Both the position numbers and the translations under genes were made by a program. From Chiloscyllium plagiosum (lineage: Eukaryota): 64,000 bases of DNA. The stretch is from positions 99,229,430 through 99,293,429 of the forward strand of contig NC_057718.1 in the NCBI RefSeq assembly GCF_004010195.1. The letters are read 5' to 3'. A model generated the notes under the pieces. The model was given only the letters and a program-made list of their open reading frames with translations. It searched no databases and was not told where the DNA came from. This document shows positions 23,791 to 36,117 of this stretch, one piece after another; within the stretch, counting starts at the first letter, position 1; every line of letters starts with the position of its first letter.

Positions 23791-24887
23791 ATGAAAGCCA
23801 TTCACCATCCCAACTTGGAATTCCATCGCCACTCCTTCCAATGTCGCAGGTTCAAAGTCCTGGAGCTCCTTCCTGAAGGCACAATGGGTGTCCTTACATC
23901 TCAAGAACAGCAAGGAATCAACTTCTCAAGTTAGGTTTGGGTAATAACTGCTGGCCCAGCCATCGATGCCCACACTCCATGAAGGAACAAGGAAAGAACC
24001 TTCGCACTGTGAATCATGTCAAAGCATTTCTTTCGGTATTTTCGAACACTCATGTTATACCTGACCCTAAGCGACAAGGATTGAAAATTATTGGAACTTC
24101 AAAACGCACTATAATCGACTGAATTTACCTCATTCTACACTGAAGTCGAAGTTGAAAGCAGAGCTCCACTTTTGGATGAAGCTTTTTAAAACACTTACTT
24201 TCCATGAAAATGCCATTAGCTCAAATCCAAATCTCTTAAGCCAGTAAAATAATGTCTTGCAACAGAATGGGACCCAGACAAATTCCTGAGGTTTTCTTTA
24301 TCTGTCATTATTTATGCTCTCTGATAAGCTCAGAGCTTTTTTCAGGGGGCCTATTCTTAAGGAAAAGATCTCCCTCCAGCATTCAGGCACAAATTGGAAT
24401 TTTTTCCTACATGCAGTCGGCTTACTCACTTCAATGTTAACATCGTGACTTTTGTTCATACGGGTGCATGTAAAACAAAATAAAATTAGCTCCATTTCAA
24501 GGGGGAATGTATCGCCTCTATTCTGTCAGACATCATAGTGGAACTGCGCCATGGATTGTCTTGTAGACAAAAACATTGATGAGAAAATTGTCCTCAGGCC
24601 TCGAGATTGCAAACTGTGCCTCAAACAATATCCATAATGTCTTTTAATTACTTCATATCCACTCATTGTGTTAGTATTGTTACTCAAGAGTCCGTACAGT
24701 CTCCAATGTGTACATTGCATGCAGAGTGTAGTTTGTTGTGACATTTTTCTAATCACCGAACCGCAATATCAATCTTTATCCAAACTAGAGTAGTCAACAT
24801 AACTAAATAAAATAGAACTACATCCTCTAGCACACAATATTGAATTCCTCACATTCGGTGCCTTATCTCTGTTGCTTGATCTCTGTT

Positions 24888-25455
24888 TAGAGTTATAGAG
24901 CTGTACAGCATGGGAACAGAGCCTTCGGTCCAACTTGTCCATGTCGACCATATATCCTAAATTAATCTAGTCCCATTTGCCAGAGTTTCGTCCATATCCC
25001 TCTGGACCCTTCCTCTTCATATTCCCATCCGGATGCCTTTTAAATGCTATAATTGTACCAGCCACCACTTCCTCTGGCAGCTCATTCCATACACGCACCA
25101 CCCTCTGTGGGAAAAAGTTACTCTTTTTGTATTCACCTTGTCCATGCCCTTCATGATTTTATAAGTCTGTATAAGGTCCCTTTTAAATCTTTCCCCTCTC
25201 AACTTAAATCTCTGCCCGCTAGTTTTGGACTCCCCCAGGGAAAAGACCTTGGTTATTCACCCTATCCATGCCCCTGATGATTTTATAAACCCCTATAAGG
25301 TCACCCCTCAGCCTCCGATGTTCCAGGGAAAACAGCCTCTCCCTACAGCTCAAACCATACAACCCTGGCAACATCTTTGTAAAACTCTTTTGAATCCTTT
25401 CAAGTTTCACAACCTCCTTCCTATAGTGGGGAAACCAGAACTGAATGCAGAATTC
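24888..25455 (-). mobile_element. HER1/CR1 LINE 3' fragment with an internal duplication
   Basis: EFCIQFWFPHYRKEVVKLERIQKSFTKMLPGL..RRLRGDLIGVYKIIRGMDRV. Confidence 0.9.
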
Positions 25456-26414
25456 CACATTCTTTCACATCTTTATTTCTCTTCCAACCCAACGGGCCAC
25501 TCTTCTGTCTTTTGTACTGCCCCCATCCAGCACACCTATTCCTCTGGAAAACCACCATTTTCCAGCCCCCTTTGAGTTCTGAAAAAGGGTCAGGATACTA
25601 ACTCTTTCCTCCTCCATACAGGATGCCAGAGCTGCTGAGTTTCTCCAGCAATTTCTGTGGTTGATACTGATGATTATCAATGGGCCAATACTCTTTGGAG
25701 TTCAGATGAATAAAGATGACGTCATTGAAATGTTTTGAGCTGATAATGAGTTTTGTCATGATTCAGAAAGGATTGGTATCAAAGTTGTATTCGCTCCAAC
25801 CAATCCAAGGATGTCACACAGTGGAAACAGAGAATTCCATGCTAGCCTTTGCAGGGAGTAGATTTATTCTACTCAACTCCTGAGAGTCCTCAGTAATTAG
25901 TATTTCATAATTGGTATTGTACGTTGTACCTATTGTTAGCATGTAACAAACCTGTTTCCTTAGACAAGCGTCTCTTCTGTTTAGACACACCACTAATCTA
26001 ACCTCCAGATAGGCCATGGAAGCAGTATAGGCAAAGGAGGTGATAGTGAGCTATCTCAAACAATGCTTACCCTAGCTGTGCTGCTTACTGGCAGCATTGG
26101 TAGATACAATGGGGCACCAGCAGCAACAGTCAGGACAAATACTACAGGGCTGGAGTGGGTAGACACCTAAAGATGTCCCCAATGTCCTTAGGGCCCTGTC
26201 AGGTGATCGCTTCATACAGGCAGACATCGTTCTACCTAAGCTGAGGACCTCCACAAAAGGATGCTGGCAATGTGGAGAAAGAAAGAGTTAATATCTTGAC
26301 CCTTCTTCAGAACTGGAAGGGAGCTGGAAAATGTTTTTTTATATACCTTTGATAGAGGCAAAGGAGAGATGAAGGGAACAGATGTGAGGATGGGGGGACA
26401 GTACAAAAGACAAG

Positions 26415-26981
26415 TTCTTCTGGGCCTACTCAATTCTATGCTGCTGGGCCTACTCGGGTCCGTGCTGCTGGTCCTACTCGAGTACACCCTGCTGGGCCTA
26501 CTCGAGTATGTGCTGCTGGGCCTACTTGAGCCCACGCTGCTGGGCCAACTCAAGTACACACTGCTGGGCCTACCCGAGTCCGTGCTGCTGGGCCTACTCG
26601 GGTTCGTGCTGCTGGGCCTACTCAAGTACGTGCTGCTGGGCCTATCCGAGTCTGAGATGCTGGGCCTACCCGAGTCCATGCTACTGGCTGGGCCTACTCG
26701 AGTACACCTTGCTGGGCCTACTTGAGTAAACGCTACTGGGCCTACTCGGTTTCATGCTGCTGGACCTACTCGAGTACATGCTGCTGGGCCTACCTGAGTC
26801 TGTGCTGCTGGGCCTACCCGAGTCCATGCTGCTGGGCTTACTTAAGCACATGCTGCTGGGCCTACTCGAGCACATGGTGATGGGCATACACAGGTCTGCG
26901 CTGCTGGACCTACGTGAGTACACACTGCTGGGCCTACCCGAGTAAGCGCTGCTAGGCCTACCCGAGTCTGTGCTGTTGGGC
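26415..26981. repeat. 24-bp minisatellite, about 23 degenerate units
   Basis: Consensus GCTGCTGGGCCTACTCGAGTACAT, seen as the 8-aa repeats LLGLLEY(T/V/M) and SRPSSVYS in the ORF track. Confidence 0.95.
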
Positions 26982-27272
26982 CCACCTTCTGCTCCTGATG
27001 CCATCACTGCAACTGAGCTCTTCACCATGAGGTAAGTAAAATAAATTAGAAGAGAAGAAAGAATGAGAAAAGCGAGAAAAAGAAACAAAATGAAAAGAAA
27101 AGCAGATGGAGTAGACAAACACCAGGCTCAGAAGCCCTACTCCACTACCATCCCAGCCAGACAGCTTCTAGATATTCCAGATTCTGTGAACTGGTTTCAA
27201 ATACCCCCCGCTGCAGTGATGGGATTTGAATGTAGATCCTCAGAACAGTTGCCTGGGCCTCTGGATTTCTAG

Positions 27273-27624
27273 TTAGAGACAAAAAAAACTGCAGATGCTG
27301 GAGTCCAAGATAGACAGGCAAGAGGCTGGGAGAACACAGCAAGGCAGGCAGTATCAGGAGGCTGGGGGAACACAGCAAGGCAGGCAGTATCAGGAGGCTG
27401 GGGGAACACAGCAAGGCAGGCAGCATTAGGAGGTGGAGAAAACACAGCAAGGCAGGCAGTAAGCCTCCTGATGCTGCCTGGCTTGCTGTGTTCCCCCAGC
27501 CTCCTGATACTGCCTGCCTTGCTGTGTTCCCCCAGCCTCCTGATACTGCCTGCCTTGCTGTGTTCCCCCACCCTCCTGATGCTGCCTGGCTTGCTGTGAT
27601 CTTCCAGCCTCCTGCTTGTCTACA
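27273..27624. mobile_element. Palindromic PLE-tail insertion with 36-bp tandem repeats in both arms
   Basis: About 4 copies of GGAGGCTGGGGGAACACAGCAAGGCAGGCAGTATCA, then about 4 reverse-complement copies. Flanks TCTGGATTTCTAG / TCTGGATTCCTGG. Confidence 0.85.
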
Positions 27625-29654
27625 TCTGGATTCCTGGACAAGTGCGATGGCCAAGACACCACTTTGTCCCTTAAAATAATGTTTCATCACACCAAAGGTT
27701 GAATAAATTCAAATTAGCTTTGTTGTTACTGGGGCTTTATAAATGTAAGCAGTGTTCTAATGGCAGGTAATCTTCAAACACTTCCATCATTACAAATCTT
27801 GTGAATGAGCATAACATCTCTCATGACTGATAACAACTTGTCAAAGATTGTTCCTGCATTTCCTAACTTCAGCCTGCCTCCAGTTCCTTGAGGAATAGTT
27901 GCCCAGGGGGTGCAAAAAGCCTTTGTGGAGGGCGTCCTGAAATCGAAAAGAAACATTAGCCTTCAAATGACTTTGAAAGGATGTAACGCTTAAACTCTAT
28001 CAGCTAGATGGATGTAATAGGAGTACTTGTAAAATGCATTAAGGACAGAGTTAGGATTGAGGTAGAGCAGGTGGTTATTTTAGCTGGATGATGACTGGGG
28101 ATGTTGATAGATTCCTTTATAGGACTAGGACAATAAATAAACATGAAGAGAGAAGCGCTGTTACACTTCATAGCTTTGCTGAGTGATTGGAAAGTAGCAG
28201 AGCTTAAATAAACTGTGCTGCTCATTTGCCAGTCATTCTGTACTGAATATTTTCACTACTCAACGTGTGGGAATGTGATTTTTCAGGAGATTTGCATTTA
28301 CTGGCCGTTTTGTGCTTCTGCGTTCTCATTTTCAAGTCAATTGTTTCCCTCTTATTTTCAAAGCTCTAAAGCACAATGACATCTTACCATGTGGATGAAC
28401 ACAGGTAAAGTTAGGCCACAGAGGATACGTCCTGCTAGAGTCAAAAATTGATTGAATTAAGATTAATGGGGTTTGGAAATTTGTCAGTTATGATTAAATG
28501 GCGGAGCAGACTCGATGGGCCGAATGGTCTAATTTCTGTTCCTATCATTTAAAGGCTACCCACATTGCCTTCACTGTCACCTTCACAAATGACTATATTC
28601 CAACATCTCAATTTCAGACCAAGATGGTTTTCCAACATTACCAATCCAAATGGGATCACTCATGTGGTATCTGCATCTCTCTAGCCTCCAGCTGATCTCT
28701 GACCTCCCTCAGTGAAGGAGACCACTATAATTTGCTGGCACCAAGCAAAAATATTAAACAGAAAAAGACATCAACTTGTACTATGGTAAAGCCTGTCTTT
28801 TAGCTTAACGTTTTCATTTTTAAAAAAGGGGGCTGAACATTTAATCATGTTCCTGCCACGTATACTTCAAGTGGCTTAGGGGTTGGCATTTAAAAATCAT
28901 TCTATTTGTCATAAAGTTACATAAATCCACCCAATATTCACTCTATCATCATCTACATGCATCCAAGAATGGGACACACCTAATTGGAGAGTTATACTTC
29001 AGTGAACCAAGCCAGCGTGATGATTTTATTTCGGGGACTTGGTTTGACATATATGCGATGACGGATTTCTCTCTCAGTACTGCCTGGCATTCGAATAAAC
29101 CAAGTGATGAGATTCCTCAATCCTGGGCCAGGCCATTAAGCGAGGCATCTGGGAGAAGTAATGTTTCTTAGGAGGGGATGCAACACAGTGTCAGATTTCC
29201 ATTGGGATGATAACCGTGGGAAAGGGAGAAGGAAAGGGAGTGTCTTAATCCTTCACTCAAGTTGAGATTGCTGCAGTCTCAAGAAATTAAAAAAATATTG
29301 GTCAAACAGTGGAATTGACACAAGTTGCTAAACAGAGACGGGACAGAGATGTTAAGTGAGGGCAGTGGGTGAAGAGTTCAAATGTTTAAAATTCACTCAC
29401 AATAACAAAGGCTACAATTATATATTTTTAAATTCACTCATAAGAGGTGGGCCAAACCAGCACTTATTGCCCATCCCTAATTGCCCAAGAGGGCAGTTAA
29501 GAGTCAACTACCTTGTTGTGGGTCTGGAGTCACATTGTAGGCCAGACCAGGTAAGGATGGCAGATTTCCTTCCCTAAAGGACATGAGTGAACCAGATGGG
29601 TTTGTCCCGAACAATTGACAGCAATTTCACAACCACCATTAGACTCTTAATATT

Positions 29655-30155
29655 ACAAACGGAAAACAGTAAACAGGAGCAGGCCCTTCGGCCCACCAAG
29701 ACCACACTGTCACATGATGCCTTTCTAAATTAAAAATATTTTACCTCGGCAGAACCGGTCTCCCTTTAATTTCTGTCCATTCAGGTACCTGTCAAGGTGC
29801 CTCTAAAACGTTGCAACTGTATCTACCTCCACCACCTCCACTGGCAACACATTCCAGGCACTTACCACCCTCTGGGTGAAAAAACTTGCCTCTCACATTT
29901 CCTTTAAACCTACCTCCTTATTTCTTAAACCGATGTCCCTCAGTAATTGACATTTCTACCCTGGGAAAAAGACTTTGACTATCAAATTCTAGCCATGCCT
30001 GTCATAGTCTTGTAAATTTCTGTCAGGTCAGCCTTTATCTTCCTATATTCAAGCAAAAACAAACCAAGTTTGTCCAAACTCTCCCCGAAGCTAATTGTCT
30101 TCCAAGCCAGGCACATCCTAGTAACCTGATTCTGCACCCTTTCCCAAAGCCTCCA
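29655..30155 (-). mobile_element. CR1 LINE 3' fragment
   Basis: CAGGCCCTTCGGCCCACCAAG 3' end and degenerate RVVSAWNVLP and RFKGNVRGKFF on the minus strand. Confidence 0.8.
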
Positions 30156-30175
30156 CTTCTTTTTTTTTTCTTAAC

Positions 30176-30516
30176 AGAATCCCTACAGTGTGGAAACAGG
30201 CCTTTCAATGCAACAAGTCCACACTGACCCTCCGAAGAGTAACCCATCCAAATCCATTCCCCTACCCTATGTTTGCCCCTGACTAATGCACGTAACCTAC
30301 ACATCCCTGAACACTATGGGCAATTTAGCATGGCCAGTTCACCTAAACTGCCCATCTTTGGATTGTGGGAGGAAATCAGAGCACCCGGAGGAAACCCACG
30401 CAGACTTGGGGAGAATGTACAAACTCCACACAGATAGTCACCCGAGGTCGGAATCAAACCTGGGTCCCTGGCGCTGTGAGGCAGCAGTGCTAACCCACTG
30501 AGCCACCGTGCCACCC
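30176..30516 (-). mobile_element. HE1-like SINE, full length
   Basis: Runs from GAATCCCTACAGTGTGGAAACAGGCC to CACTGAGCCACCGTGCCACCC. Confidence 0.9.
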
Positions 30517-30989
30517 CACAATGTGGCAACCAGAACAGTACACAATAGTCCAAACATTCTGCTATCGAATTCAAATTCCACCATCTACCATGACAGGACT
30601 TGAACCCATGTCCCCAGAACATTACCTGTGTCTCTAGATTAATGCTGCCTGACCTGCTGTGCTTTTGCAGAGCCACACGTTTCGGCTCTGACTCTCCAAC
30701 ATCTGCTATCCTCCCTTTCTCTGGATTAATAGTCCAGTGATAACACCATTGGGCCAACACCTCACCATAAGCAATGCAGTCTACTCACTTCCTTTTGGTA
30801 ATGTGGTTGTTCATATGCAGGAGGCTGACCATCTCAATTTCTTTAAGTGTCACCCATTATGTTCACAGGACATTTCTCATCTCAATTTGGGTTCCTTTTT
30901 CTCCATGTAGCATTTTGTTTAGATCGTCACTGCACTGTCGTGGTAGACATGTTTGAAGAGGTCTTCTGGTGTTGTCAGTGTATGGACAC

Positions 30990-31540
30990 AGACATAGAAA
31001 AGTACAGCACAGTACAGGCCCTTTGCCCCACGATGTTGTGCCGAGGTTTAATCCGAATGTAAAATATAATAACATAACCCACGCACCCCTCAACTCACTG
31101 CTCTCCATGTGCCCGTTCAGCAGTCGCTTAAATGTCCCTAATGACTCTGCTTCCACCACCACCGCTGGCAAAGCATTCCATGCATTCACAACTCTCTGTG
31201 TAAAGAACCTACCTCTGACGTCTCCTCGATACCTTTCCCCTAATATCTTAAAACTATGACCCCCTCAATCCTGCCCTGGGGAAAGGTCTCTGGCTATTGA
31301 CTCCATCTATACCTCTCATTATCTTGTATACCTCGATCAGGTCTCCTCTCTTTCTCCTTCTCTCCAGAGGGAAAAGTCTGAGCTTTTTCAACTTTTCTTC
31401 ATAAGACAAGCCCTCCAGACCAGGCAGCATCCTGGTAAACCTTCTTTGCACCCTTTTCAAAGCCTCTGTATCATTCCTTTAGTAGGGTGACCAGAACTGG
31501 ACACAATATGCCAAGTGTGGTCTCACCAGGGACTTGTAGA
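30990..31540 (-). mobile_element. CR1 LINE 3' fragment
   Basis: KRVQRRFTRMLPGLEGLSYEEKLKKLRLFPLERRRKRGDLIEVYKIMRGID; NAWNALPAVVVEAESLGTFKRLL. Confidence 0.9.
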
Positions 31541-31819
31541 TGGAGATGTGCAGGAGTAACGTGTGTGGATATATATTGTCTGGTGGGTAGTTAGCTGGCT
31601 CAATAATGAGCCCAAGGATCAGATTATAGTAAGCAGTACTGAGTTTGATTGCCAACTCAACTTAGGTAGAATCTGGATCTACGTCTTCAACCAACCAATA
31701 GTGGAATCCATGGCTCTCAGTCATGAGTTTGCATAAATAATGGCCAAGGACCTATTTTTGGGCCAAGAATTGAAGAAGATATGAACCCAAACTGTCCAAG
31801 AAACAGCAATACTGTGTGG

Positions 31820-32145
31820 AGTTTAGAGGAACGAGGGGAGAATTTCATAGAAATCCATAAACATCTAACAAGACTAGACAGAGTAAATGCAGGAAGGATG
31901 TTCCTGATGAAGAGGGACTCTAGAACCAAGGGTCACCATCCAAGGATTGGGGTAGGCCACTTAGGACTACGATGAAGAAAAATGTTTTCACCCAAACAGT
32001 GGTGAACCTGTGGGATTCTCTGCTAGAGAAAGTAGTTGAGGCCATGCATTGGATAGTTTAAAGAAAGAGTAAATATAGTTCTTAGCAACAAGTGGATGAG
32101 AGGGGAGAGAAAGTGGAAACAGCTACTGAATTGGATGATTGCCAA
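31820..32145 (+). mobile_element. CR1 LINE 3' fragment
   Basis: IEIHKHLTRLDRVNAGRMFLM..DSRTKGH. Confidence 0.75.
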
Positions 32146-32712
32146 TCCAACTTAGGCCCTGATGAAGGATCCTGACCTGAAATATCGACTCTCCCGCTCC
32201 TCTCTTGCTGCCCAACCTGCCGTGGACTTGCCAGCTCCATTTTGTGTTGACACTGAATTGGTCAAATCAAATGGGGGAGCAGGCTCAAAGATCTACTTAT
32301 GGTCCGATTTTCTATGTATTGTCACTATGTGTGAACATTCTGCCAACCCAATACTTTTGCTCTTTTCCTCTGGGGCCTTCTGATTAGGATTCTGAAATTA
32401 ATGTGTGGCTTGGTATTTGGCAGGAAGCTGTCAGATGAGAGAGCGCCAAAAGGGGAGTGCAGATTAGTAAACAGGGCGAGGAGGGCTGGGTAACTGAGGC
32501 CATTCAGGGAGATACACATGTCGGGTTGGATCGAGTCACAGTGATGGTCCAGTCATGTTTGGGAGATTGCGGGGTCAGGGGATAGTTGAGTCGGGAGGGG
32601 GTGCAATTGGGTCAATAAGGGAGGTAGTTGATGATTTGGATTGGGTTGATTCCGGGGGTGGGTTAGCTGAGTTGAGGTGAAGGGTGAAGTTGGGTCTGTT
32701 TTGGGCTGGTTG

Positions 32713-33548
32713 TGTCACTGCGATAGCACAAAGGAAATCAATTCCCTCTATTCCCAGAGGGATCATAGAAATTGAAAATTTTACAAAAGCAGACAAGTTT
32801 CCCCAATTTATCCACCTTTCAGGCAAAAAGCATGGACCAGGTCTCAGTCCTTTACAAGAATTGCTATCTGTTACAAATAACCTCTAGTTCCAGGCAAACA
32901 ATTATGAATCATAAAGTTGGTTACAACTTAGCTAGTTAACACCCTTATAAGACTCTCCTGATAAACACATTCAGGCAGATTGACAAAACAAAATGTTAGT
33001 GTTTCTCTCTCTCTCTCTCTTCCCTCTTTCTTTCTCTCTCTCTCGCTCTCGCTCTCGCTCTCCAAGTGTCTTTCACTTCCTTGCAGGATGCACAGAGCAA
33101 TTGGTTCACAAATGATAAAATCTCTAACATGTTGGCTGAAATAGTTTACAGTGAGAAAATAAACTAGCTTCCATCAGGCTCTAGCAACCTTTTACTGAGG
33201 AGAAAGGACAGGACCTCTGAAGGCTTCTGGTTATATTGTTTACACCCACAAGCTGCTTAGCTCCCTGGGAGCCAATCACATCTTTGTTGGCAGGCAGAAG
33301 GCTTATCTTCGACAACTAGTTATCACTCCACAGACCAATCAGCTGCTTGATGCCAGCTGAATCTAATTTTGTACACACTCCCTAGTGCCAGTTCATCTGC
33401 AACTATAGCTCTCCCATTAGTTGAGCAAACAACACTCACAATGAGTGTCACGTAACTTGCTTTCAAAAAGTGTTGCAATCTTTTCTACTATTCTTGGTTT
33501 TTAAAACAGCCCTTTTCTTATTTCAGTCCACAATCAGAAATGCAGACA
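32713..33548 (-). mobile_element. Possible old solo LTR, with (CT)n/(CTCTCG)n at 33004-33062
   Basis: TGTCAC..CAGACA ends; shares GGAGCCAA, ACCAATCA and CAACACT(C/T)ACAATGAGTG with about 59130-59790. No TSD found. Confidence 0.35.
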
Positions 33549-33967
33549 ATAGTCAGATACAATCTTTTCTGCTGTGTTGAGGGGGGTTAGCAGGCAGTTA
33601 TGTGGTCAAGCATTATCAGGTCAGATTACATCAGGGATGGGTAGCCATTTCAGTGAGCTAATTGTGTCAGGTCTGAGAGCTCTTCAGGTGGTCCAGGGTA
33701 GTCAGGTAGTTGTGGGGTTTAGTCGGTTAGAGATAGTTAGGGATTTAGGATAGAATCAGGTATTCAGCAGTTTAGTTGATTTGGTTTAGCCCTGGAATAT
33801 CATGGGATATGGTGAGTTGGGGGATGAGGGCGGTGACTGGGTGATGATAATTGGTTTTCAGGGTAATCAGGTGATGAGGGAGCAGTGAGGTAATTTGGAC
33901 ATTGGGTTTTCAGGTATTTGGATGAGTTGGGGACAGTCAGAGGATTGGGGGTCAGGAGGTGACTTTG

Positions 33968-34098
33968 AATGTGTGTGTGCATGTGTCTGTGGCACATGAC
34001 CAGATATTGTGTAAGTGTGTACGTGTGAGTATCTGTGGGCGAACATTCTTGTGTTGTGCGTGTGTGTGTGTGCGTGTGTGCATGCACCTGTGTTTGTG
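33968..34098. repeat. Degenerate (TG)n microsatellite
   Basis: TG/CG dinucleotide runs. Confidence 0.8.
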
Positions 34099-35139
34099 CA
34101 GTGGAGGGGTGTGAAGTTACCAGGTGATAGACCAGGTTTTAAACAGTTTCATATTTCTATCATTTCCTGGGTAAGTATCAAGCTGAGTCACTTCGATCCA
34201 GCCTCCACTGGGACGAGATCCTGGGCAGAGGTGAATTGTCCGTTGGGAGTTTGAACTTCCTGGGTAACTCCTTTGGGGGGGCCTGAGGTAAACCTTATCA
34301 GTTGGAGGTGGGAAGATTTGGGCAATTGCGTGTGTAATGAAGCTTAGATTGAGGAATTCTATTGCAATTGGCCCACAAAAGGATCCTTTGTGATTTCCAA
34401 TCACATGAATGTGTCATTAAAGCCTGGAAGACCTCGTTAGGATGACGTGGACAACACTCACCCATAGATCATTCAAATGGAAGAAATAACTCGGAGAAAC
34501 AAACTCTGGAGTCAAGTCTGCAATAAAAATACCGACATGCCTATCCAGAATTACTTTCTGAGGGGAAATGAGACATATAAATCCATTACTTGACAGAAGG
34601 ACTCTGGCCTCAATCACAGGGAGGTTTGGAGAGGAAGAGAACACAAACTGATCCTGGAATGTAATACACATTGTTGGCATTAATTATTGGTGGATGAAAT
34701 TACAGGCTCAAAGACCTCATCATTTGCTGTGGCCACTATTTTGTGTTGCTCTGTAATTTTCTTGACCGAGTTCTGGTCAGCTCCTTCAGGGACTGAGTCC
34801 AGCTTTAGTGCAGTGTGTTAATAAGATTGTCTTTCTGATTGGCCTGGAGTTACTGACTGAGAATTATGTGAGACTAAAGGTGTATAAGGGAGGGGCAGGG
34901 GACCACAAACTTGGAACTTTGGGTTTGTAAGGAACTTACTGGGTGCTTAATACACAAAGAACACAGTACAGTACAGCATAGGAACAGGCCCTTCGGCCCA
35001 CCAAGACTGTGCCAACACATGGTCCCTTTCTAAACGAAAAACCTTTACCTCTATATGGCCATATCCCTCTATTTCCTGCCTATTCATGTATTTGTCAAGA
35101 TGCCTCCAAAATGTTGCCATTGTAGCAGCCTCCACAAAT

Positions 35140-35436
35140 TCTCCCTTCCACTCCACCTACTCACCCTTGCTACTAGCTTCCAACCGGATTCATCCCTCCC
35201 ATCGACCAACCAGGTCATACCCACCACCTACGTTCACCTATCACTACCTCACCATTCCACCCTGCACTCCATCCCAAATGCCATACCCCCTCCTTTTACC
35301 TGCAGCTCCCCTTACATCCACCCCAACTCCTGAAGAAGGGTTACAGCCAAAACATTGACTTCACCTCCTGATGCTGCCTGGCTTGCTGTGTTGGCCCAGC
35401 CTCCTGCTGATCTACCTTGGATTCCAGCATCTGGAG
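35140..35436 (+). mobile_element. PLE 3' fragment, preceded by a minus-strand CR1 3' end at 34950-35140
   Basis: CTCCTGAAGAAGGGTTACAGCC..CCTCCTGATGCTGCCTGGCTTGCTGTG..GGATTCCAGCATCTG. Confidence 0.8.
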
Positions 35437-35721
35437 CAATGGTTTCATGGTCATCATTAGACTCTTAAACTCAGAATATTTTTTATCAAATTTAAATTCC
35501 ACCATCTGTGGGATTTGAACCTAGGTCCCCAAGAACATAAAGGGGGAAGTCTCTGCATTAATAGTTTAGTGAAAGCACCTTCAATCATCTAGGCCCTAAA
35601 CTCTGGAAACCCCTCCCTAATTCTCACTATTTCCCCTTTTGATCAAGCTTTCGTCACTGGTCTCACTGATTTATTTTTATCATTAAGTCCAATATTTGAA
35701 AAACTAACCAAAGTGCTTTTT

Positions 35722-36117
35722 GCAAGGTTTGTGAAGGTTTGTAGCTCAGGTTGAGGTTGAGGGTGTAGGTTTGCTCGCTGAGCTGTAGGTTTGATATCCA
35801 GACATTTCATTACCTGACTAGGTAACATCATCAGTGGCGACCTCCAAGTGAAGCGAAGCTATTGTCTCCTGCTTTCTGTTTATATGTTTGTCCTGGGTGG
35901 GGTTCCTGGGGTTTGTGGTGATGTCATTTCCTGTTCGTTTTCTGAGGGGTTGATAGATGGTATCTAGATCTCTGTGTTTGTTTATGTGGTTGGAGTGCCA
36001 GGCCTCTAGGAATTCTCTGGCATGTCTTTGCTTAGCCTGTCCCAGGATAGATGTGTTGTCCCAGTCGAAATGGTGGTTTTTCTCCTCCGTGTGTAGGGCT
36101 ACGAGGGAGAGAGGGTA
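35722..36117 (-). mobile_element. PLE family C: GIY-YIG C-terminus and 3' region with hammerhead motif at 35798-35837
   Basis: SLVALHTEEKNHHFDWDNTSILGQAKQRHAREFLEAWHS; reverse complement CCA-CTGATGA-T-GTTACCT-AGTC-AGGTAAT-GAAA-TG-TC-TGG. Confidence 0.85.

Noticed and set aside
26681..27118. 145-aa ORF resembling a signal peptide plus Ser-rich repeat protein
   Set aside because: The hydrophobic N-terminus is the translation of a pyrimidine tract and the rest is the 24-bp minisatellite. The frame breaks at about 26680, and there is no other gene evidence.
26415..27624. CRISPR-like appearance of the 24-bp and 36-bp repeats
   Set aside because: The units are head-to-tail with no unique spacers, there are no cas genes, and the context is vertebrate.
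27774..27937. Strong minus-strand splice acceptor (ctaatgtttcttttcgatttcag)
   Set aside because: All three frames give unrecognised peptides ending in stops, with no convincing donor.
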